In this document: in pieces, positions 51,789-58,492 of the stretch
How the letters are laid out: each line of letters starts with the position of its first letter
Numbering within the stretch: the first letter of the stretch is position 1
Assembly (NCBI GenBank): GCA_938028635.1
Contig: CALIZK010000032.1
Location: 1 to 58,492, forward strand
Direction: 5' to 3'
Length of the DNA: 58,492 bases
From: an uncultured Atopobium sp.
Lineage (GTDB): Bacteria > Actinomycetota > Coriobacteriia > Coriobacteriales > Atopobiaceae
Program-made: the position numbers and the translations under genes
Notes under the pieces: model-generated
The model's input: the letters and a program-made list of their open reading frames with translations, nothing else
What the model was told of the DNA's origin: nothing
Database searches by the model: none

Positions 51789-51864
51789 CCAGACGCATAC
51801 GGGCTTTTACGGTTATCTATAAAAGCCATACGCGATACGTCGCGAATGCCCTAAAATTCGCACG

Positions 51865-51888
51865 AAAAAAGCCAGGCAATGCCTGGCT
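51865..51888 (-). terminator. Terminator after tRNA-Thr(TGT)
   Basis: AGCCAGGCA-A-TGCCTGGCT plus T-run on the minus strand. Confidence 0.75.
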
Positions 51889-51899
51889 GAAAATTCAAG

Positions 51900-51975
<76 letters not shown>

Positions 51976-52133
51976 ATCAAGTGCAGAGGATATTCTATAG
52001 ACTTTTCTGGCTTTGGTCTAGTCTCAATTTTCGAGAAATTTTTCTCCACAAACTGGTCAATGTGGCTCGTAGGAGCGCTGCCCTTCTGTAGGAGCTAGCT
52101 TGGTGCAAATGCACTGTCCATCAAGTCTGGCCA

Positions 52134-52253
52134 GCCTGAAAAGTACATCATGTCTGAGTAAAACAGCTCAGACATGGCGAGAAAAACCGGCAAATAGCTC
52201 AGACATGGTGTGCTTTTCCGGCAAATCATTCAGATATGGCGAGAAAATCGGGC
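52134..52253. repeat. 120-bp intergenic element, subfamily 1
   Basis: Homologous to 28282-28401 and 45259-45378. Confidence 0.85.
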
Positions 52254-52320
52254 TCCATGAAAGCACTCATGAAAACCACCCGCCACCACCCTGGATTCAA
52301 GGTCACGTCCCGAAAGGTCT

Positions 52321-52438
52321 GCCTGAAAAGTGCAAAGAATCTGTATTTGAGCCACCGATTCTTTGATGAAATCAGGCAAATCCACCGATTCTTTGCTGTT
52401 ATCAGGCAAATTTTACAGATTCTTTGCAGAAATCAGGC
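52321..52438. repeat. 118-bp intergenic element, subfamily 2
   Basis: First 44 bp identical to 45083-45126. Confidence 0.88.
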
Positions 52439-52504
52439 ACGTCAGTCAAATTGGCGCGTCGGGCGCATTAGCGCGTAAGGCGCGTGAGACGCTGATCTGG
52501 TCAC

Positions 52505-53083
52505 CTATCTGCCTAGCAGCTTCCAGAGTTTCTCGCGCTGTTCTGGAGAAATGCGGTCTTCAAGCGTCATGCGCGTACTGACCTGATCGCGACGCATCTC
52601 TTCGACAACGTCATCTGCTTGGGAAATCTCGTGGACCAGTGATGCGCTTGCAATGCGCGTGACCTCGCCAGGGCCAAAGCCGGCTGTGACACGAATGTCC
52701 CTGTCCGACGTGACTAGAAATACCTTGCGACCAGCCTCTCGAGCGTCCGTGACCAGGCGCTCGATGACGCTATCCGCGGACTCCCCAGTCTCGGAAAAAA
52801 CCAGCTGCACGCCAGCGAGAGTGCGCTCTGGACGCTCGTCGTTTACGTTTCCCTTGCCGTCGAACACAATAACGGCCTCGTAGGTGCCCTGCGCAAACGT
52901 GGCAACGTCAGAGATGAGCGCCAAACGGGCGCGATAAAACGGATCGGTATTGAGGTGATAAGCCCTCTCAGCAGCGGTTTCTTGCGCAGAAGAGCCACAA
53001 TCATCCAGCAGCGCCTCATAACGAGGAGTTGCCAACATGACGTTATAGCCATCGACTACAAGCAGCGATTTTTTCTGAGCCAT
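52505..53083 (-). CDS. NYN-domain ribonuclease (YacP/Rae1-like)
   Basis: LVVDGYN, IVFDG, SADSVIE and VTSD motifs; follows rlmB. Confidence 0.9.
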   Translation of the reverse strand: MAQKKSLLVVDGYNVMLATPRYEALLDDCGSSAQETAAERAYHLNTDPFYRARLALISDVATFAQGTYEAVIVFDGKGNVNDERPERTLAGVQLVFSETGESADSVIERLVTDAREAGRKVFLVTSDRDIRVTAGFGPGEVTRIASASLVHEISQADDVVEEMRRDQVSTRMTLEDRISPEQREKLWKLLGR

Positions 53084-53085
53084 AC

Positions 53086-53160
53086 CTTACGCTTCCTGGG
53101 CTTACGCTTCCTGGGCTTACGCGTCCTGAGCTTACACTACCTGGGCTTACGCTTCCTGGG
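53086..53160. repeat. 15-bp tandem repeat x5 containing the rlmB stop codon
   Basis: Minus-strand unit CCCAGGAAGCGTAAG. Confidence 0.92.
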
Positions 53161-54196
53161 TCCTGCGGAGCCACTCGTAACACATAACCGTTGTTGCCTG
53201 AGCAACGTTCAGGGACTCTACCTGGCCAAACTGAGGAAGCTTGCACGTAAAATCGCACTTCTCGAGCATAAGGCGAGAAATTCCTGAACCTTCAGAGCCC
53301 ATAACAAGTGCAAGGCGGCCTCCCATAGGAGCCTCCCACACGGATTGGGTGGCGTGCTCGGTAGAGCCACATGTCCAAAAACCTGCGGCTTTGAGCTCTT
53401 CAAGAGCGCGCGGCAGATTAGAAACCTGAGCGATTGGCAGGTGAAGCACGGCTCCGGCGGAAGTCTTGTAAGCTCCAACGCCAACTCGGGCGGCGCGAGC
53501 GTTTGCAATAACAACGCCGGCTGCGCCAACTACCTCGGCACTTCTTACGATTGCGCCAAAGTTTCCCTCGTCGGTGACGTGATCCAAGACCACAACCAGC
53601 GCGTTTTCAGAACCCGCACGCTGAACGATTTCAGAGAGGTCAGCATAGGCAAACGGCTGTGTACGGACAATAACTCCCTGGTGAGCGCCGTGGCTTGAAA
53701 GCGAGTCAAGTACGGGCTTTGCAACACGCTCGACAGGAATACCCTCCTGCTCAAGCTGGCGTGCAAGTGCCTCAATCTCCTGGTCCTTCTGTCCGCTTGC
53801 GGCTTGTACCAGCGCATTCTTCAAAGGAATGCCCACAGTCAGCGCCTCTGCTACTGCGCGACGACCCTCGATAAGATCGGTTGCAGGCTTTTTGTTGCCG
53901 GGACGTCCAGCGCCAGCGCCTCGCTGTCCACCAGCACCTTGCTGTCCGCGAGTACCCTGAGCTGCGCGTGAGCCTTGTGCGGAGCGGCTACCCTTTGAGC
54001 CCTGGCCATTCTTGGCGCCGAAATAACCGCCCCAGTCGGCAGCCTTCTTGGAGCCGCGACCCGCGCCGCTGCGACCTGCAGCTCCACCGCGACCTGCTCC
54101 ACCGCGACCCACAGCTCCGCCGCGTCCGGCTGCTCCACGGCCAGCAGGACCCTCGGAGCGCGTGTTTTTAGAGGTAGAGCGCTGATTTCTTGCCAT
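53147..54196 (-). CDS. rlmB: 23S rRNA Gm2251 methyltransferase with Gly/Arg-rich N-terminal extension
   Basis: HQGV, NFGAIVRSA, GSEGSG and ESLNVA SPOUT motifs. Confidence 0.93.
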   Translation of the reverse strand: MARNQRSTSKNTRSEGPAGRGAAGRGGAVGRGGAGRGGAAGRSGAGRGSKKAADWGGYFGAKNGQGSKGSRSAQGSRAAQGTRGQQGAGGQRGAGAGRPGNKKPATDLIEGRRAVAEALTVGIPLKNALVQAASGQKDQEIEALARQLEQEGIPVERVAKPVLDSLSSHGAHQGVIVRTQPFAYADLSEIVQRAGSENALVVVLDHVTDEGNFGAIVRSAEVVGAAGVVIANARAARVGVGAYKTSAGAVLHLPIAQVSNLPRALEELKAAGFWTCGSTEHATQSVWEAPMGGRLALVMGSEGSGISRLMLEKCDFTCKLPQFGQVESLNVAQATTVMCYEWLRRTQEA

Positions 54197-54198
54197 AG

Positions 54199-55680
54199 TT
54201 AGTCTGCCTTACGCTTAAGTCGAGCGCCAGCGGCGGTATCTTCAATCAAAAGTCCAAGCTCGGCAATGCCGTCTCTAATTTGATCAGCAACTGCCCAGTA
54301 CTTCTGGGAGCGAGCCTCTTGACGAGCAGCGAGCAAAGCCTCTGCAGCCTCGTCAGCTGAAGAGCCCTCATAACCTGCCACCTGAGCTGCAAGCGCCACA
54401 AGCTCCTCTGGTAAATCAGAGGTAGACGCTGCCTGAGTCAAATCAATTCCCAAAGCTCCCGTGAGCTCGCACAACATATCTGCTGCACGGAGAACAGGAC
54501 TTGCGCCAACGTTCTGACCAACCTCTGCAAGATAGGTATTTGCAGCAGTTACCAGAGCAAAGATAGCAGCGAGTGCTCCTGCGGTGTTGAAATCATCATC
54601 CATCTGAGCGTCAAACTCGCTCTGAGCTGTATTGATTGCCTCAGCAAGCGTGCTATCAGCGTCGGAAAGTTCGTGCTGAGCAGAAGACTGCTTGAAAGCC
54701 CAGCGGAGATTTGCAACGCAGGTCTTCATGCGCTCAAGCGTACCAACGGTGCCCTCAAGGCGCTCAAACGAGAAATCAAGTGGTGCACGATAGTGCGTCT
54801 GAAGCATCAAAAGTCTTACTGCATCTGCAGGGTACTTGTCCAAAACTTCCTTGAGTGTGTAGAAGTTGCCCAAAGACTTGGACATCTTCTCGCCATCAAC
54901 GCGAAGCATTCCGGTGTGCATCCAATAATTGGCGAGAGGAGCGTGCCAGGCGCAAGATGCCTGAGCAGTCTCGTTCTCATGATGAGGGAATACCAGGTCA
55001 GAGCCACCGCCGTGAATGTCAATTGGAGTGCCCAGGTAGCGATGAATCATTGCGCAGCACTCACTGTGCCAACCTGGACGACCTTCTCCCCAAGGGCTTG
55101 GCCAGCTAGGCTCACCAGGCTTAGCAGCCTTCCAGAGTGCAAAGTCAAATGGATCGCGTTTCTCGTCATTAACCTCAACGCGCTCACCTGCGCGAAGCTG
55201 ATCAAGATCGCGACCAGAAAGCACACCATAGCCGTGGTCAGAACGAACCGAGAAGTACACGTCGCCCGAAGGCACCGCGTAAGCGTGACCCTGCTCAATC
55301 AAAGATTGAATCATCTGGAGCATGGCTTCAATCTCGTGCGTTGCGCGAGGACGAATATCTGGATCCAGAATATTGAACCGATGCATCTGCTCAATGAACG
55401 CCTGAGAAAACTCTTCAGAAACCTCTTGAGCAGTCCTTCCCTGCTCAATGGCGCGCTGAATAATCTTGTCATCAACGTCAGTCAGGTTCTGAGCGAAGGT
55501 GACCTCGTAACCCTTGTGCATCAGATAACGGCGAATAACGTCAAACGAGAGGAAGGTACGGGCGTTTCCGATGTGAATCTGATCGTAAACCGTAGGACCG
55601 CACACGTACATGCGGATTTTGCCCTCGTCGATTGACTTGAACTCTTCTTTTTTATGCGTCTGAGTGTTATAGACAAGCAT
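54199..55680 (-). CDS. cysS: Cysteinyl-tRNA synthetase
   Basis: [34 protein letters not shown]. Confidence 0.98.
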   Translation of the reverse strand: MLVYNTQTHKKEEFKSIDEGKIRMYVCGPTVYDQIHIGNARTFLSFDVIRRYLMHKGYEVTFAQNLTDVDDKIIQRAIEQGRTAQEVSEEFSQAFIEQMHRFNILDPDIRPRATHEIEAMLQMIQSLIEQGHAYAVPSGDVYFSVRSDHGYGVLSGRDLDQLRAGERVEVNDEKRDPFDFALWKAAKPGEPSWPSPWGEGRPGWHSECCAMIHRYLGTPIDIHGGGSDLVFPHHENETAQASCAWHAPLANYWMHTGMLRVDGEKMSKSLGNFYTLKEVLDKYPADAVRLLMLQTHYRAPLDFSFERLEGTVGTLERMKTCVANLRWAFKQSSAQHELSDADSTLAEAINTAQSEFDAQMDDDFNTAGALAAIFALVTAANTYLAEVGQNVGASPVLRAADMLCELTGALGIDLTQAASTSDLPEELVALAAQVAGYEGSSADEAAEALLAARQEARSQKYWAVADQIRDGIAELGLLIEDTAAGARLKRKAD

Positions 55681-55920
55681 GCATACTCCTCGCAACCATT
55701 GTGTATTGGTGTAAGTATAAACGGTTTGTGGAAAACCTTTGAGTTCCATACCGTACTAATCAAGTTTCATTTTTGTTACCGTTCACGGATTAGTACTGGA
55801 TTGTTTTTTGTTTTATTAAACTTGATGAACAAAAATTTAAGAAATTTATATTTGAATCAAAACTGCGAAGAACTAGAAGACAAGAAATCTTACTCTTAAC
55901 AACTTCAGAAGGTGATTTGA

Positions 55921-57561
55921 ATGAGTAAGTTTTTTAACATTATCCACTACTGTATATCTACCATTCTGGATAAAGGCAGTCTTGCGATTTTTCTCTTTCT
56001 GTCATTCTTTGTCACAGCGCTTATGGTGATCCAACCGCTTCTTGTTGGATTTGTAATTAATCTTTTTATTTCAGGAACAACTTGGAGCGAGATACTTTTC
56101 TATTGCGCCGTAGTTGCCGCACTAGGAATCCTCATTGCCGGCTGCTCCTATCTTGCTAAAACACGGTATTGTCAGTTACAGGTTGATTCTGCGTTTACTA
56201 TTGAGCGACAGCTGATTGACAAGATTCAACATGCAGATTCATCGTTTTTCTCGTCATATGATTCTGGACATTACCGCCAGACAGTAAATAACGATTCTAA
56301 TGACGTTTCAATTTTTATACTTACACAATGCGTGAGCTTTGCAACAACTATGGTCTCTGTCATAGGCACGCTTGCGATTATTTTATATTTGAACCCATTA
56401 ACCGCTCTTGTAACAGCTGTTCTGCTATTGGTGAGCTTTATTATCTATAAGCAAATCCAAGCTTCGGCCTATAAAAGATACAAAGAATCTAAAGAACTGC
56501 GGTCCCAGTATGGATCGATTGAGCTCTCGCAGTTCACTGATGTAGATTTCATTAGGCGTCATTCCCTCTTTGAGCGTTTCTTTAATCAGCACTATGCCGT
56601 CAATCAAAAGCTTCGTAGTGCCATTCATGAGCAGTACAAGCTTGAGTTTGGCGTACAAGAATTAAACAATGCTGTGATTGCCGTATTCCAAGCCATTGTC
56701 TTTATTACCTGTGCATATCAAATTTTCCTTGGAGCACTGCAGCCTGGCTATATTGCAACCATTTCAAGCTATTTTGTATCGCTCTTAGGTTCTATTACGC
56801 TTCTCATGGAATTTGGTATGGCTTATCAGAGCATTACGGTAAGCCTTAATCGAATTGAGCAGATTCTAGATTTACCTCAAGAATCCGTTGGAACTATCGT
56901 TCCATCAGACGATGTCAATCAAATTACCTGCACAAATGTGTCTTTCTCTTATCCACATACCAATAAAGTACTGATGAACAACTTGTCTTGTAGTTTTGCA
57001 AAAGGAAATATATATGCCATTACCGGTGGAAACGGTACAGGCAAATCAACATTTCTGAAGCTCATTAACGGAGAGTGGTCTTCTCACCTATCAGGCACTA
57101 TTGCTATTAATGAGGATTTGTTAACTCAAATTAATCAGTATGAACTTCGAAAAAATACGCTTGGATTTACCGAGCAAGAGCCAAGCATTGTTGACGATAC
57201 GGTAAGAAATAATCTGACACTGCTGTGCAAAAACCAACCAACAGATGAAGAGATAATCAGCTATATCAAGCTATTCAACCTGGAAAAATTGCTGCTTGGT
57301 GACGATCAAAATCTTGATGTTCGCCTGGCTGAACGAAGCTCTGCTATCTCTGGTGGAGAAAAGCAAAAGATTGCAATTATCCGCATGATGCTTATGAATC
57401 CAAGTGTCATGTTGCTTGACGAGCCAACTTCTGCGTTAGATCAAAACAGTGTTGATGTCCTTCTTACTCTTCTCAAGAAGGTCAAGCAGGACCACATAAT
57501 ACTTCTCATATCTCATGACCCTAAAGTGGTGGAGGCAGCCGACCATATCGTAGAGCTGTAA
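55921..57561 (+). CDS. ABC exporter (TMD+NBD fusion), AT-rich
   Basis: Several TM helices then GGNGTGKS, ISGGEKQ and LLDEPTSALD. Confidence 0.92.
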   Translation: MSKFFNIIHYCISTILDKGSLAIFLFLSFFVTALMVIQPLLVGFVINLFISGTTWSEILFYCAVVAALGILIAGCSYLAKTRYCQLQVDSAFTIERQLIDKIQHADSSFFSSYDSGHYRQTVNNDSNDVSIFILTQCVSFATTMVSVIGTLAIILYLNPLTALVTAVLLLVSFIIYKQIQASAYKRYKESKELRSQYGSIELSQFTDVDFIRRHSLFERFFNQHYAVNQKLRSAIHEQYKLEFGVQELNNAVIAVFQAIVFITCAYQIFLGALQPGYIATISSYFVSLLGSITLLMEFGMAYQSITVSLNRIEQILDLPQESVGTIVPSDDVNQITCTNVSFSYPHTNKVLMNNLSCSFAKGNIYAITGGNGTGKSTFLKLINGEWSSHLSGTIAINEDLLTQINQYELRKNTLGFTEQEPSIVDDTVRNNLTLLCKNQPTDEEIISYIKLFNLEKLLLGDDQNLDVRLAERSSAISGGEKQKIAIIRMMLMNPSVMLLDEPTSALDQNSVDVLLTLLKKVKQDHIILLISHDPKVVEAADHIVEL

Positions 57562-57562
57562 T

Positions 57563-58051
57563 TTATTGCGCGGTGCGTCCCAGCAGTACAACTGCCCAGG
57601 CAGCAATGCCTTCTTGAGTGCCTACAAAGCCAAGGCCTTCGGTAGTGGTTGCTTTTACGCCAACTTTATCTGGCGAAACACCCATGACCTCAGCCATGCG
57701 GTTTCTCATAGCATCGCGGTGAGGGAGCAACTTAGGCGCCTGAGCTGCAACGGTGCAATCACAATCCAGAAGCTCAAAGCCCTCATTACGAACAAGCTGC
57801 ATAACATGGGACAGAAGCACCATAGAATCAGCGCCCTCATAAGCAGGGTCTGTATCTGGGAAAAGCTGGCCAATGTCGCCAGCGCGCATGGCTCCTAGCA
57901 GGGCGTCCATAAGTGCGTGAGCCAAAACGTCAGCATCGGAGTGGCCGAGAAGACCTTTGGTGTGCTCAATTTTGACGCCACCTAAGATAAGATCCCTGCC
58001 ATCTACCAGGCGATGAACATCGTATCCGTGGCCAATCTTAAGCTCTGGCAT
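57563..58051 (-). CDS. ispF: 2-C-methyl-D-erythritol 2,4-cyclodiphosphate synthase
   Basis: IGHGYDVH, GHSDADV, GDIGQLFPD, KATTTE. Confidence 0.97.
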   Translation of the reverse strand: MPELKIGHGYDVHRLVDGRDLILGGVKIEHTKGLLGHSDADVLAHALMDALLGAMRAGDIGQLFPDTDPAYEGADSMVLLSHVMQLVRNEGFELLDCDCTVAAQAPKLLPHRDAMRNRMAEVMGVSPDKVGVKATTTEGLGFVGTQEGIAAWAVVLLGRTAQ

Positions 58052-58053
58052 AC

Positions 58054-58492
58054 TCACTCTACAGCCCCACTTCCGGTTGCACCCTCTACCAGGCGTCGGC
58101 TGAGCGTAGCCTCAACAATTGCAAGGTCAGACGGGTACGTGACCTTCACGTTTTCTCGTTGCGACTCAACGCACAGCACCGTAAGACCAAGTCGCTCAAC
58201 TAACGACGAGTCATCGGTTCCCTGGTAGCCTTCCTGGCGAGCTACCTCGTGGGCTTCAAGAAGTGTGCGTGTCTTGAACACCTGAGGGGTCTGAGCAGCC
58301 CAGAACGTTGAGCGGTCAGGCGTATCTACAATGGTTGCACCATCTACGCGCTTCAGCGTATCAGTTGCGCGGTGAGCCAAAATTGCTCCTGCAATCTTAG
58401 GTGACTTGCGAACCGTGCCAATGACCTGCTCAATGGTCTCTACCTCAATGAGCGGACGAACCGCATCATGAACGGAAACAAAATCATATCCG
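58054..58492 (-). CDS. ispD: MEP cytidylyltransferase (5'-truncated by the window)
   Basis: VHDAVRP, QTPQVF, TDDSS and KVTYPSDL. Confidence 0.95.
   Translation of the reverse strand, partial: GYDFVSVHDAVRPLIEVETIEQVIGTVRKSPKIAGAILAHRATDTLKRVDGATIVDTPDRSTFWAAQTPQVFKTRTLLEAHEVARQEGYQGTDDSSLVERLGLTVLCVESQRENVKVTYPSDLAIVEATLSRRLVEGATGSGAVE

Overview
Mostly core-genome window, inferred from protein style to come from a Coriobacteriia/Atopobiaceae-type anaerobic actinobacterium. Almost all genes are on the minus strand. In transcription order: ispD(partial)-ispF, an AT-rich ABC exporter inserted in the opposite orientation, cysS-rlmB-NYN nuclease, tRNA-Thr/Tyr/Thr/Met-tuf, rpmG-tRNA-Trp-secE-nusG-rplKAJL, rpoB-rpoC, an accessory arsR-hypB-Fe/S flavoprotein-hypA operon, rpsL-rpsG-fusA-rpsJ, a LMW phosphatase, the S10/spc/alpha ribosomal protein clusters, fused ecfA-ecfT-truA, a glycosyltransferase/LCP cluster, and anaerobic RNR nrdD-nrdG with NrdR boxes. 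The most notable observations are: (1) HypA/HypB nickel chaperones and a metal-sensing ArsR flanking a ~1000-aa multi-Fe/S flavoprotein, with no hydrogenase or urease in the window; (2) an unusual RNA polymerase, with an alpha-CTD-like domain fused to the beta' C-terminus, an insertion in beta fork loop 2 and several altered conserved motifs; (3) a strongly over-represented 9-mer TGGCGAGAA found in several reading frames and in intergenic DNA; (4) five 118-120 bp MITE/BIME-like intergenic elements plus several tandem arrays. All calls are by eye from the sequence; no searches were run.
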